The notes below the pieces were generated by a model that was not told the origin of the DNA, ran no database searches, and saw only the letters and a program-made list of their open reading frames with translations. The translations under genes were made by a program, and so were the position numbers. Below are positions 30,699 through 41,776 of a stretch of 64,000 bases of DNA, piece by piece. The stretch comes from a virus: the IMG/VR virus record IMGVR_UViG_3300026484_000394, positions 33,198 to 97,197 of that record; one strand, given 5' to 3'. Every line of letters starts with the position of its first letter. The stretch's first letter is position 1.

Positions 30699-33365
30699 GT
30701 GATACCTTTATTTTATATACTACCTACAGACAACTTGTATACAAAGACGACAGGAGTGGTTACAAAAATCACTCCATCTTTTGTTCAATCTTCACGGGTG
30801 CTACAGCTTGAGTTTATGTATAATCTGGAAGAGTTTTTCTATCTTACTATAGAATTTTCATCTTTTGACCAGCCCTCATCTATCCAGCTCAGTGGGCTAT
30901 ACGGAACCCAATCTATTCCAGTAACAGAAGGGCAACAAACTTATTCTCTTACAGGAAAGAAAGTCAGTGTAATTATTCAGAAGGACGACATTCTGAGTAT
31001 TGCAAACAATGCAATTTCTGTATCAGATATGCAGAGCAACATAGAGATTGAAATCAAGACTCTTCGAGATAATAAGGATATAAGCGGTCGCCCGAGAGTT
31101 ACATCGTTTGAGCTTAATGATTTAGCTATCCTTATGCAAGTGAATGGCTCTTCTTTATCTTATCGCAATGGGAGAAGAAAAGAGAATTACCAACCAGTCG
31201 TTTCTGTTAATGGAGTAGAGTCTGTTCCATCCGCTATTGATGGTCATTACAGTATCTTCCATTTGTCTGGAGACTTGTCAGGTCTATCTTTGGCTATCTT
31301 ACCACTTCAAGACTTCCGAAATCACTTTTTATTTCGTCAAGACCCCGCTCTGAAAAATTGTATTGTTGAACACTCTATATTTAAAGCACGACAAAAGACA
31401 TATCAATTTCAAAATGGTGCAATTCGAGTTCAAAATAATCTTATGACGATGCAGTATTTTTTTCAAAAAGAGAAAGACGATTTCAGACAGTATATTTTCA
31501 ACGCTACACGAGATGAAAACATATATTCTGAGATAAGTCTCCTAATCCCTGCTGTTAAACATGATTCTATGACTGTTTATGACCTTAAGAAAGATGTCCT
31601 TATTTTTGGTCGAAAAGTTATGGAGACGATTGTATCTGCAGACGGTACAGTACACCATAGATTAACTCTGCTGGAGTGTGCTGATATGTTTGGCCGAAGC
31701 ATTGAGGATATCTTTATTTTCGACTACTTACCCCACTTTATTCACGGAAAAGACTGGAAGCAGTCTGATGGAAGCGAAGGGCTGGGACACCTTCTTCGAA
31801 AGACTGGACTGACAGAAGAGTATATTCCTACTTCCTCTGCAAAGCCGAAATATAAGAACAAAGACTATTTATCTCTTTCTAATACTCGGTATGTTGCAAC
31901 AGTATTTAAAAAAACCCTATACTCATTCACTAAAAGTCATCCAGCCACAGATTCCCAGTTGAAAAGAATTGCCCCAGGGAATTTTATCTCGCCTAGGGAA
32001 AGCTTTGTGTCAATAGATAACAGCTCTGTTAGCTTTTCGCATGGAAGTTATGCTCAGTCTTATTCGAGAGAGAATAGTCCTATCTTAGCAGAGAATTCAC
32101 TTTTGTCGGAGCATAAGGACATAACAACATTCGCAGGTGTTGTCTTCAATGCTAACCCTAAGATAATTACAACAGCTCAAATAAACATTACAAATAGAGA
32201 TACTTATTTATTACTGTGTCGCTCAATAGAAACTGCTGAGTATGGAGTAATAGGAGTAAGAAGAGGCACTAGACAGTTGACATATAGCATTTCTTTCCTT
32301 TTTGATGACACAACAATTACTTGTATAGCAAATATAGAACAAAGAAAAATCTACTACATCAACTATCAGACTAAGCAAGTTGAGACAGACCCATCTGAAT
32401 TTTCAGGCACTTTTAAAAAGTACCTTTCTTCTGTTGATGAGGAAAACCTGATGTCTTTTATTGTTAAAGGAACTACAGGAGGGTCAAAGCTAAATATTTT
32501 TCCTTTTGTTGCCCAAGTTGAAAAGAAGAAATCTCTATATGCTTCTATGCTTTCTAGAGAATTAGTTCTAGATCCCAATAATGCTCTTATGCCTATGCTT
32601 CTTAACCGAGATCTATCCCGAATTGTCATTGGAGATTCTTCCGAAAGAACTGTTTTGAAAAGTAGATTTGGAACAAGTTCTGGTATTTTTAAGCAGATAT
32701 CAAGTGGGATTTTTTGCACGGAGTCTGTGCAAATCACGATGATTTCTGTGGTTGATTCATCTTTTGAATTTAAAGCTATTTTTGAGGGAGAAGAGTTTGG
32801 CTTTATTTTTGAATTTGACGGAGGACACACAGAATTTTTATTGGACTTTAAGCGGTCAGTCTTTAATAAAAATGATTTTTCTCACGGTCCAGCTACCTCT
32901 TTTGATGTTCTTGCTGACCAGGCATATGAAAAAGTATTTCAGTATTTTAATTTCAGAGTCTTTCAGAACACTTTTGAGCCGAGCTTTGCGATAGATATCC
33001 CAATATTGATGAAAGCTGTTAAGTCTGGGCAGATTGGTGTGTTAGGAACTTGTTTTGTGCAGGCAGACGAGCAGTTCATATTTGATTCCACCGGCTTTCA
33101 CGAGGTGTTGTTTACTGATGGGCAAATAAGCTCAATAAATGGTGAGGAAGCTGAGATTGTTGAGGAGGGAAAGGCTATATTGCTAGTTGATGCTCTTGCT
33201 GGTAATAGCCTTGTTTCTTCCATATGCTCCAGTAAATCAGTAACACTGAAAGACGCATACCCTGACGAGGAACAACTTTATGCGAGAGAATGTACACTTA
33301 ACCAAAATTATGCAATAATATCAGACATAGATATTGGACAATATAGAGAAATCAGGGAGCAATAA
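30699..33365 (+). CDS. large hypothetical protein (888 aa)
   Basis: GTG start after AAGGA; long ORF. Confidence 0.8.
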   Translation: MIPLFYILPTDNLYTKTTGVVTKITPSFVQSSRVLQLEFMYNLEEFFYLTIEFSSFDQPSSIQLSGLYGTQSIPVTEGQQTYSLTGKKVSVIIQKDDILSIANNAISVSDMQSNIEIEIKTLRDNKDISGRPRVTSFELNDLAILMQVNGSSLSYRNGRRKENYQPVVSVNGVESVPSAIDGHYSIFHLSGDLSGLSLAILPLQDFRNHFLFRQDPALKNCIVEHSIFKARQKTYQFQNGAIRVQNNLMTMQYFFQKEKDDFRQYIFNATRDENIYSEISLLIPAVKHDSMTVYDLKKDVLIFGRKVMETIVSADGTVHHRLTLLECADMFGRSIEDIFIFDYLPHFIHGKDWKQSDGSEGLGHLLRKTGLTEEYIPTSSAKPKYKNKDYLSLSNTRYVATVFKKTLYSFTKSHPATDSQLKRIAPGNFISPRESFVSIDNSSVSFSHGSYAQSYSRENSPILAENSLLSEHKDITTFAGVVFNANPKIITTAQINITNRDTYLLLCRSIETAEYGVIGVRRGTRQLTYSISFLFDDTTITCIANIEQRKIYYINYQTKQVETDPSEFSGTFKKYLSSVDEENLMSFIVKGTTGGSKLNIFPFVAQVEKKKSLYASMLSRELVLDPNNALMPMLLNRDLSRIVIGDSSERTVLKSRFGTSSGIFKQISSGIFCTESVQITMISVVDSSFEFKAIFEGEEFGFIFEFDGGHTEFLLDFKRSVFNKNDFSHGPATSFDVLADQAYEKVFQYFNFRVFQNTFEPSFAIDIPILMKAVKSGQIGVLGTCFVQADEQFIFDSTGFHEVLFTDGQISSINGEEAEIVEEGKAILLVDALAGNSLVSSICSSKSVTLKDAYPDEEQLYARECTLNQNYAIISDIDIGQYREIREQ

Positions 33366-33369
33366 GAAA

Positions 33370-35283
33370 ATGGCATATATATTTAATTTAGATAATACTT
33401 GGGTTTCATCAGCCCTTGTCCCAAAGAGCAAGATGTTTGAAGAATCTACTATTGTAGTTACAGATAAAGCCGTAAACATATTTCTAGAGAGCGATATTGC
33501 TCTCGGATTAAATACTGGCTCTAAAAGAATGGCATTTAAGCATAACAACATTCTTTTTAAGACGAACAGAGTTAAACAGGACAACTGGCATACCACATAT
33601 GTATCTCGGCCATCAATCCAACGAGGATTTGTGATGTGGTCTGGAGATTTTAGTCCAGCAAACACTTTTGACGCGATTTCTGGCATATCGTTGGAAATCG
33701 AAGATTCAGTAACCTACTCAGCTTCTTTCTCGGGAGATTCTATCAGTTTTACAGAGCCGGAGGTGTTTAGAATTTACACTGATGGCGGTGTGATAAAGGT
33801 AGATGATGCAGACTATTCTGGAAATACGATTACTATAGGAGATTTCAAGGCAACCTTGGACGAGGATAAGCTTAATCAGATTTTTGGGCAAGACTATTCT
33901 TTTCTCTCTGAACTAGAGCTTCAATCGCCAGAAGAAGCTTTCGATTTATCTTACGAGAAAATTGATATCCCAAATGGGACTTACGATGAGATTGAGATAA
34001 TATTAGATAAAGAAAATTTAGCTGTGGATGAATTTGGACAGGTTTATTTTAAAGTTCCTGATTTTGATTTTAATATATCTAAAAATGCAATCTGGTTCGA
34101 GGGTAGTCGAAGAGAGTATTTAAAGTCTGACCAGTTCTCATTTATTCTTGATGGAGGAGACGATGTTTATTATGAATTCTCTAAAGATCGACTCCGAGCC
34201 GCCATTAATGAAGAGGCATATTTTGTAGACGGACTTATTAATTGCTCTGAAAGAACATATATTGGATATGCGAAGGTATATAGCAGTTATGTGTATGTAG
34301 ATTTTTACTTTATGCAGAGAGAAGGTGATAGTGAAGAGTGTGCTGCACTAGAGGATACAACCGAAGCTAAAAGAGCTTGCCGTTTAAAAGTCAAAAAAGA
34401 CAGTATTGAAATGTCGAAGATAGACGATGATATTGAATTTATTGAAATTAACTCTACTATTAAGAACGATCCACTACCTCTATACGACAAAATCCGTTTT
34501 GGAATTGGATGTTTCATGTCTGACTATAAGATGTATACTTATAGGGATGATAGAGATACTCTTGAAGTTATTTTCAATAGAGAATCTTCGTCTAAGTATA
34601 TTAAATTAGAGATGGAAGACCAGTCTACGAGATACTACGCAGACATCACTGTTAAAGATGGAACCCAAGAGAGCACCAAGACTAAAAAATTCCAAAGATA
34701 TTCTTCTACAGCGATGTGGAGTCTGGGGAGCACAGCATATATAAACACTATTCTAAAGAGGAGTTTTGATAGTGTATCTGATACAAATACAACCAAGTTC
34801 ACTAATGCAGCCATTTCTTTAGAAACTGACACTGTAAAAATCTTTACTAGAACGTTGTATATTAATGTGCTTAACCAAACTTTTGATTTCCCTCAGCAGT
34901 CTATGAGCTACGAAACTCTTGCTGTTCTTGGTTATGTGGATGGCGACGAACTGTTGTCGTTGCAAGTGGATTATATACCTTCTTCTGGTGTTATTTATGG
35001 AAGAATAGAAAGAGACTCTGAATATGAGACTTTCGATAAGCCTGAGTTGCTTGATATGATGAATAGCTTGAATCCTGAATATAGCTTCTCTTTGACTTGT
35101 AACTTGTCCCTACTTAAATACACAGACCTTAATGGGGTTGCTCATGACATGCCGTTCTCAAATTCAACTTTAATTATCGCAGAGCGAACTTCTCTTAATG
35201 GGGAAACTTTTTACAGAGTGTATTATAAAAACATAGATAGTTACGGCTTCATAAATGCTTTAACTTTTAAAGTAGAGGAGTAG
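33370..35283 (+). CDS. hypothetical acidic protein
   Basis: ORF 33334..35283; ATG at 33370 just after the previous stop is the more likely start. Confidence 0.75.
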   Translation: MAYIFNLDNTWVSSALVPKSKMFEESTIVVTDKAVNIFLESDIALGLNTGSKRMAFKHNNILFKTNRVKQDNWHTTYVSRPSIQRGFVMWSGDFSPANTFDAISGISLEIEDSVTYSASFSGDSISFTEPEVFRIYTDGGVIKVDDADYSGNTITIGDFKATLDEDKLNQIFGQDYSFLSELELQSPEEAFDLSYEKIDIPNGTYDEIEIILDKENLAVDEFGQVYFKVPDFDFNISKNAIWFEGSRREYLKSDQFSFILDGGDDVYYEFSKDRLRAAINEEAYFVDGLINCSERTYIGYAKVYSSYVYVDFYFMQREGDSEECAALEDTTEAKRACRLKVKKDSIEMSKIDDDIEFIEINSTIKNDPLPLYDKIRFGIGCFMSDYKMYTYRDDRDTLEVIFNRESSSKYIKLEMEDQSTRYYADITVKDGTQESTKTKKFQRYSSTAMWSLGSTAYINTILKRSFDSVSDTNTTKFTNAAISLETDTVKIFTRTLYINVLNQTFDFPQQSMSYETLAVLGYVDGDELLSLQVDYIPSSGVIYGRIERDSEYETFDKPELLDMMNSLNPEYSFSLTCNLSLLKYTDLNGVAHDMPFSNSTLIIAERTSLNGETFYRVYYKNIDSYGFINALTFKVEE

Positions 35284-35287
35284 AAAC

Positions 35288-36754
35288 ATGGCAAGACTGT
35301 CAGCATATCATGACTTTATCCCAAGCTTCATAAACGGAGAGCAACACAACTTTCATTCATTCAGAGGATGTCAGATACAAGCCCATTTATCTTCTGCTTT
35401 AAAGATGATGGACTTTAATACAATTTCTGTTAGAAAAAGAAAGATACCTAAGTCTAAGACAGACGAGCAGAAAGGGGTGTACTCAGCTCCTGTCTCTTTG
35501 GATGTCGGCTCTTCCAACCAAATCAAGCTCTTTCTGTGGAGTGATATTAAGCAGGACTATTCGGCTTCACTGGTTGCAGGGGATAAAAATATACTTGAAG
35601 CTGTGACTCATAGCATCTCTCCAATCAGTATTGGCAATAATAATTATATCTATGGAACACTAGAAAATTTACCGTCAGGGCCAGATATCTTAAACAATAA
35701 TATTTTAATTAACTTCAATGGGAAGTTAAAGTCCAATACATCTATTGTAGGCCGCTCACTACTTGGACCACTAATGTTTGAAACAACAATTGCAACGGCT
35801 TCAAAGAAAGGAGATGTTTCTATTTTAGTAGCAGATGCTCACAAGGTTATGGCGGGGCAAATAGTCTACTTCGGAACAAAGAGAGCTGGGTTTGCAAGAA
35901 GAAAAGTTACTGGGGCTACACTCACGGAAATATTCTTTAAAGAACCCCTGTCTGCAAAAGAAATTTCAGGAGAACATTCTTTTGTTTTTAACGAGAGGCC
36001 TGTATTTAAACCGGCTTTTTCAACTACTACAGCAGAAAGCTCTCGCAAGAACACAAAGAAGCTAATCTTATCTGATTATGGGGAACTACACTTGCGAGAT
36101 GTAGAAGTTCTCGCAGAGGAGCCTTTTAACACTACAGTGTATTTTATGAGAGACACTGACAAGCTAGCTATCGTAGAGGACTTGATAACAGAGCCTTTGC
36201 CGAAAGGCACTAAAGTTGTTGCCCGAACTGAAGATCCTTTTGAAGCCTGGGCTATTACTAATGATGAAACGGATACCAATGTGGTCAAATGTGATACATT
36301 TTGCTCAGCCTGTATTGGTCGCGTAGGGTATAGTGGCAGAGATGCATATACAATTGTCGGCTTTTCTGGAGAGTATGTGATTTTAGACAAAGAAGTCCTA
36401 GCAAACCAAACAGTCACTTTCCCTTCACTTAGTGCTGACTTTTATGGAAATGAAGCAAGTTCTCGCACTACAGCAGAGGTAAACACCAACAGCACGGTTC
36501 TCTTTTGTCGTGATTCAGATAAATTCTTTGTTGGGCAAATCATAGAAATAGAGAATATTGCAGGGAGGTTTAGGGTTGAGTTAATTCGTTCTGATGCTCT
36601 TCTGTTAGACCGTCCACTGTTGCCGGAAACGCTTGATGGAGCAATATATTTTGGCACACTAGATGTGTCTTGGGGTTCAAATAGAACACAATCAGATTTA
36701 GATGCTATTAATCTTAATCTAGAGGAATTTGTATTTCAGGGAGAAAACGAATGA
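35288..36754 (+). CDS. putative virion protein with ~4 internal beta-rich repeats
   Basis: TTIATASKKGDVSILVADAHKVMAGQIVYFG...KEPL and SRTTAEVNTNSTVLFCRDSDKFFVGQIIEI...DRPL plus two degenerate copies. Confidence 0.6.
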   Translation: MARLSAYHDFIPSFINGEQHNFHSFRGCQIQAHLSSALKMMDFNTISVRKRKIPKSKTDEQKGVYSAPVSLDVGSSNQIKLFLWSDIKQDYSASLVAGDKNILEAVTHSISPISIGNNNYIYGTLENLPSGPDILNNNILINFNGKLKSNTSIVGRSLLGPLMFETTIATASKKGDVSILVADAHKVMAGQIVYFGTKRAGFARRKVTGATLTEIFFKEPLSAKEISGEHSFVFNERPVFKPAFSTTTAESSRKNTKKLILSDYGELHLRDVEVLAEEPFNTTVYFMRDTDKLAIVEDLITEPLPKGTKVVARTEDPFEAWAITNDETDTNVVKCDTFCSACIGRVGYSGRDAYTIVGFSGEYVILDKEVLANQTVTFPSLSADFYGNEASSRTTAEVNTNSTVLFCRDSDKFFVGQIIEIENIAGRFRVELIRSDALLLDRPLLPETLDGAIYFGTLDVSWGSNRTQSDLDAINLNLEEFVFQGENE

Positions 36755-37971
36755 AAATCACATTAACACCAAGAATGGTTCACTATCAAGGGCGAACACT
36801 ATTCTTCAATGCAAGTGAACACACAATGCTCCTTACTGAAGACTTAATAGTGGAGGAAGCTGATATATGCTTCGTTTTGCCTACACATATGATTTATATC
36901 TCATTGTCATCTACTTTGGCATTCTATACAAGAGATCTCAAGACTGAGGCTCTCTATGGACCGTATTCAGATTCTTTAAGTATACTCAAATATCACATGT
37001 TTGGATTGTATGATAACTTAGCAGGGTTTCTAAAAAATAGCTTTTCTCTTAATAGTGAACTGTCTTGTCATGAGTTTATGTTTAATGGCTTTGTATATAA
37101 TACGCATACCTTTGAATTCAATAGGAAGCCTGCGAGAGTCCTTGCTGAAATACAGGCTCATCTGTCTCCCATAGATTCTCAATTCAAGTTCTCGTTTGAC
37201 TACACTACTCACATATCGGAAACTGTAGCGGAAGATTTTGTAAACAGCCTTGATGCAGTCTTTAATAAAAATCATTTTGAAAACTTTTTAAAGGTGAATA
37301 AGTTTGGAACTATGTTTTCCACAGATAGAAGTAGTTCAAAAGGTGTTACGACAGCAAAAGGAGGAGCTTTTTTTGCTTTAAATCAATCAGAGAAGCGACA
37401 CTCCGTCACATACATCCCATATGTGTTTATCGACGGCTATATAAGATTTAACAATATTGACACGGATGAGTCAAGAGAATTATTTACCAAGTACATATCT
37501 GATGCATCCGTAGAGGCAATATCTAATGAGAGGGATATGGAGTATTATAAAAACAGGTTCTCCATCTCTATCACAAAGAAGAGCATTCGTCTTACAAAAA
37601 TAGACCTATTTAACGAAGTGCTTCTGGTAATTACTACCCCTAACCTTTTAGAGCAATACATCTTGGTTAGGCTAGGAGATTCAAGTATCATCCCCATTAG
37701 GTTTAACTCATTTTCAAAAACATACACTATCTTAGATCAAGCATCTGTAAGTCGCATACCAGGTCTCTCTGTTGTGAATAACCATCTTGAATACAAACAA
37801 ATAGACTTACTAATTGAAGATACAGATAGTTCAAACACAGAGGTCGTTATTTCAGAAGAGCTTCACTTCGCTGTAAATCATAGTAAGAAGCAAGCATATT
37901 CAAAAGACAATAATGTGTATTCTATCAACTATCTTGACGACATACTTAGATATAAAATTAAAGGGGTCTAA
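36751..37971 (+). CDS. hypothetical protein
   Basis: 406 aa, ATGA coupling. Confidence 0.75.
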   Translation: MKITLTPRMVHYQGRTLFFNASEHTMLLTEDLIVEEADICFVLPTHMIYISLSSTLAFYTRDLKTEALYGPYSDSLSILKYHMFGLYDNLAGFLKNSFSLNSELSCHEFMFNGFVYNTHTFEFNRKPARVLAEIQAHLSPIDSQFKFSFDYTTHISETVAEDFVNSLDAVFNKNHFENFLKVNKFGTMFSTDRSSSKGVTTAKGGAFFALNQSEKRHSVTYIPYVFIDGYIRFNNIDTDESRELFTKYISDASVEAISNERDMEYYKNRFSISITKKSIRLTKIDLFNEVLLVITTPNLLEQYILVRLGDSSIIPIRFNSFSKTYTILDQASVSRIPGLSVVNNHLEYKQIDLLIEDTDSSNTEVVISEELHFAVNHSKKQAYSKDNNVYSINYLDDILRYKIKGV

Positions 37972-38157
37972 ATGCGTTTCATAAACGAGGCAGAGAATGA
38001 AATATTTTCTGCAACAGATAAAAGAGTGGGCAAAATTCCAGTGGTCAAAAGCATTCTAAAGAATGGAGATAATCATAGTGAAGAATTGGCTATAATTTCA
38101 GACAATCTCAAAGACTCTGAAATTGTATATCTCGTCACCGAAAAGGCTAAAAAATGA
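37972..38157 (+). CDS. small hypothetical protein
   Basis: 61 aa; exactly fills the gap between neighbours; AAGGGG RBS. Confidence 0.6.
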   Translation: MRFINEAENEIFSATDKRVGKIPVVKSILKNGDNHSEELAIISDNLKDSEIVYLVTEKAKK

Positions 38158-39419
38158 CCAATTTGTCACTAAAACCCGTGTTTTTCCACAAAATAGGACA
38201 CTTTAAAGAAGGGTCTACTTTAACTTATAAAGTTTTTTTTGCATCAACTGACCCTTTGTTTTACTTTGTAGCTTATGTAGAACCTACAGATACTGAGTAC
38301 AGTATAAACTTTGCCCCTATGCTACCAAACACAGACAATTTCAGCGTGGTTGAACTAGGAGATTCTTCAAGAACATATAAGTTCGGGGAAGAATTTGAAA
38401 CAGTGGTAGCAAACAGATTACTGGAAGGCTTTGGGGACTATGTTACGATCACGCTATCTATAGAAAAGCCATTTGTTTTCAGCAATAGTGCTCCAGGAAT
38501 TGCCCCTACAGGGGAGCATATTTCAGAATACACACGAACATTGCTGAAACCATTGTATAAAATAGGACTCTTTCAACTTGCTTCATCTATTGCGATTGGC
38601 ACACAAGCGAGAATGACAACAATGCTGTCTTTAGCAAATGGCTTTGACTTCAAGAAAGCCATAGAAGTCTCAGTAACAGACCTGCTTATAGTCAAGAAAA
38701 ACCTGAGCGATGCCATAGATAAAACATTGCCTTCGAAGGAGCAAGAATGGATAAAGAGTTTCTTCTTGAAGATTTTGAATGCTAGTCCATACACCTCGTC
38801 CGTGGCTCAGATTTTTTGCGATATAGTGTCTCTGTCTAGAATGATGGCAGAGAAAGAAATCCGACTCTCGGATGTGCCATACCAAATTGCAGTCTCTCTT
38901 GTTTTAGATTGGATAAAAAAGCCAAGCAGAGAAAGAGAAAACAAGCTCAAGCAAGTCAGCGAAAACAAGGAACAGAGATTTGAGTTCAGATTAAATGCAA
39001 GCTCTATGGAAAAGAAAGAGAAGCTGTATGAAGCCTTAAATAATTTACAGAGCTTTATTTATATTACAGGTATAGAAGTTAAAAATATTGAGACTGGAGA
39101 ATCAAAACATCTCTCCGTGCAAAATCAATTAGCATCGCTACTTAGTAAAAATAAATCCTCGTGTCTAGAAACAAGAGGACTGCAGACAAAAAATGGGCGA
39201 TTTATTGTTCAGTATGGATATGGCACATCTTGTGACACTTTTATTGGAATGTATGCTTTGATAGATGGAGATATGTATGGACTTAAAAAAGAGAGTAAGA
39301 TTGTGAACGATTCACTCACTCCCATAAGAACTTGGAGCTGGAAAGACCAAACAAAACAAATGATAGGTAGCACAGTAGATTCTGCTGACAACATTCAAGT
39401 TACTTTCAAGGGAATATAG
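38154..39419 (+). CDS. hypothetical protein
   Basis: 421 aa, ATGA coupling. Confidence 0.75.
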   Translation: MTNLSLKPVFFHKIGHFKEGSTLTYKVFFASTDPLFYFVAYVEPTDTEYSINFAPMLPNTDNFSVVELGDSSRTYKFGEEFETVVANRLLEGFGDYVTITLSIEKPFVFSNSAPGIAPTGEHISEYTRTLLKPLYKIGLFQLASSIAIGTQARMTTMLSLANGFDFKKAIEVSVTDLLIVKKNLSDAIDKTLPSKEQEWIKSFFLKILNASPYTSSVAQIFCDIVSLSRMMAEKEIRLSDVPYQIAVSLVLDWIKKPSRERENKLKQVSENKEQRFEFRLNASSMEKKEKLYEALNNLQSFIYITGIEVKNIETGESKHLSVQNQLASLLSKNKSSCLETRGLQTKNGRFIVQYGYGTSCDTFIGMYALIDGDMYGLKKESKIVNDSLTPIRTWSWKDQTKQMIGSTVDSADNIQVTFKGI

Positions 39420-40136
39420 ATGACTAAAATGATTTTTGATATGTCTAGAAAGCTAGAGGATGCACTAGATGGCGTTACAGGAGAAAATGCCATATACCTA
39501 TTGTCAAGTAACAGAAAGAATCTTCCTGCCATCTCTTTTAAAGCTGCCCTTATATTCTTTGGAGAGGACTTCTTCACTTTAGAAAATGAGACCGTACAGT
39601 TGGCTCTGTTGTCCGCAAAAGTACCACCAGAAAAAATAGAGAAAGTGATTGCACTAAAGTCTCTTCTCTCTAATTATGATGAAGCTCTTTCTCAAGCACA
39701 TCCATTTTCTTTGCTCGTAGAAGCTATGAACGATACAGAAACTCACACTTCTCTTTTACAGTTCCAATACTCTGAAAAGATTATCTGGGCACTGGTGTGC
39801 ATAATGGTCTTTGTAGGAGCAGAAAATATACCAACCACTAGAGATGCAACACGATACATAGTTGCCTGTTTAAAATCAGAAGGGTGGACAATGCCACCGT
39901 TAATGTTAGGAACTCAAAAATTCACAGACTACTTTGAATATTTCGATTCCAAAATCTATGAAGACCGAAGATGCTCTGAAAAATTCCTTTTATCCTTTTG
40001 TGCGAAAGAACATGGTGATGCAATGGAAGATAAAGGGAACTTTTATGAACACCATAAGCCAATTTTACTATACTTACACTCTAAAATAAATCAGACAGTT
40101 GGGGAGCTTGATATAAATGGTATTGAAGACAGATAA
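39420..40136 (+). CDS. hypothetical protein directly upstream of terminase
   Basis: 238 aa, overlaps the terminase start. Confidence 0.72.
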   Translation: MTKMIFDMSRKLEDALDGVTGENAIYLLSSNRKNLPAISFKAALIFFGEDFFTLENETVQLALLSAKVPPEKIEKVIALKSLLSNYDEALSQAHPFSLLVEAMNDTETHTSLLQFQYSEKIIWALVCIMVFVGAENIPTTRDATRYIVACLKSEGWTMPPLMLGTQKFTDYFEYFDSKIYEDRRCSEKFLLSFCAKEHGDAMEDKGNFYEHHKPILLYLHSKINQTVGELDINGIEDR

Positions 40137-41712
40137 AAGAATTGCAAAATTCATAGAAGACCGGGTGTATGTAGATAATATGAAATTAGACTTGAAGGCT
40201 TATGCAGCCTTTAAGCTTCCTTACGAACTTAATGAAAACAAGACTATGCTACTAGCTGGAAGACAGGTTGGAAAAACAGTATATCTCGGCACAAAGCTTG
40301 CCGTAAAGTCTCTATTGAAGCATCCGAACAGAGCACTATATGTGGCTCCTCTTGAATCTCACACCAAGTCATTCTCTAAAACAAAATTACAGAATGTTAT
40401 TGACTCTACTCCTGAACTAAAAGCTATTTTTACAGGTAAGGGAACACAGAGCGATGTATTCTTTAAGAAAAACATCTTGGGCGATTTTATTGAACTTACT
40501 TATGCATCTATGGGAGCAGAAGATCCAGTTCGTGTTCGTGGAAAGTCTGCGGATGATTTGTATATTGATGAAGCACAAGATGTTGATTATGATGTCCTTC
40601 CTGCGATAGAAGAGGTTACCACTTCTGCAAAGGCTCCAGTTATTACTTATGCAGGAACAGCTAAGAGCAAAGACAATACAACAGGTGTTATTTGGGACAA
40701 TTCAAATATGATGGAAAGAATTATCAAATGTACTTATTGTAAGAAATATAATATTATTGATAGAAGAAACATCTCTAAAAAAGGCTTAGTCTGTAACAAG
40801 ACAAATTGTCGTAAACCTTTGTACGTAGAGCATGGTGTTTGGGCTCAAACAGGTAGTGCAGATGCAATATACAAAGCTTTCCGTATTCCTCAAGTCGTGC
40901 TTCCGTATCACAACACAGAAGACAAGTGGAAAGAGATTTGGAGTAAGTATATGCAATATACTGAAACAAAATTTAATCAGGAAGTCCTTGGGATTCCAGC
41001 TGGGTCGGCAGACAGATTTCTTACTATTGAAAAATTGAAGAAGAAATGTACAGGTGGAAGAATGAGAGTAACCTGCGACCCCGAGTGGAGAAAGAATTAT
41101 CATGCAATGTTTATGGGTATAGATTGGACTGGTAATGGTGTATTAATGAAGTCTAGAACGGTCGCACTTATCATAGGGCATCGTAAAGATGGAGTGTTTG
41201 AAATGGTATGGGGTAAAATTTTCCCTCCTGGTGGGGTTAATGAGCAACCCAAAGAGTTGATTAATATGGCTCAATTGTTCCAATGTCAGATGGTAGGTGC
41301 GGATGCAGGAATGGGGATGATTCAAAATAAAGACATTATGGATGCTTTGGGAACAAACAGGTTTAAATCTATTCAGTATGTCGGTACTGCTGGGAACCCA
41401 TTCAAATTTCTCCCTGAGAATAACACAATTAATTTGCATAAAACGAAAGCTATTGATACTATTATGGGTATCTTCGTGGATAAATTTATGCCAAGAGTCT
41501 TAACTAAAGGGAGAACTCTTAATTTTATCTTCCCTGACTTTGATGATTGCCGCAATTTTTTAGAAGACATTCTTGCTGAACATGAAGAAGAAACAAGATC
41601 TGGGAATAAGATTTGGACACACGACCCAATGAAGCCAGATGACACACTACATGCTATTGTTTTCGCTATGTATGCCTATATGCATTACAAGCAAGCAGTA
41701 TCTTTCTATTAG
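40117..41712 (+). CDS. terL: terminase large subunit (lambda gpA-like, with Cys cluster)
   Basis: Walker A AGRQVGKT, VRGKSAD, Walker B LYIDEAQD, motif C YAGT, CTYC...CNKTNC, nuclease GIDW and DDTLHA. Confidence 0.92.
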   Translation: MVLKTDKRIAKFIEDRVYVDNMKLDLKAYAAFKLPYELNENKTMLLAGRQVGKTVYLGTKLAVKSLLKHPNRALYVAPLESHTKSFSKTKLQNVIDSTPELKAIFTGKGTQSDVFFKKNILGDFIELTYASMGAEDPVRVRGKSADDLYIDEAQDVDYDVLPAIEEVTTSAKAPVITYAGTAKSKDNTTGVIWDNSNMMERIIKCTYCKKYNIIDRRNISKKGLVCNKTNCRKPLYVEHGVWAQTGSADAIYKAFRIPQVVLPYHNTEDKWKEIWSKYMQYTETKFNQEVLGIPAGSADRFLTIEKLKKKCTGGRMRVTCDPEWRKNYHAMFMGIDWTGNGVLMKSRTVALIIGHRKDGVFEMVWGKIFPPGGVNEQPKELINMAQLFQCQMVGADAGMGMIQNKDIMDALGTNRFKSIQYVGTAGNPFKFLPENNTINLHKTKAIDTIMGIFVDKFMPRVLTKGRTLNFIFPDFDDCRNFLEDILAEHEEETRSGNKIWTHDPMKPDDTLHAIVFAMYAYMHYKQAVSFY

Positions 41713-41716
41713 ACTG

Positions 41717-41745
41717 TTGATATTTTAGTGTGTTTGTGGTAGAAT
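41717..41745 (+). promoter_or_regulatory. sigma70-type promoter for capsid operon
   Basis: TTGATA-17 nt-TAGAAT with extended -10 TGn. Confidence 0.7.
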
Positions 41746-41776
41746 TGGCATTACAATCATCTTGAAGGAAAAAAAT

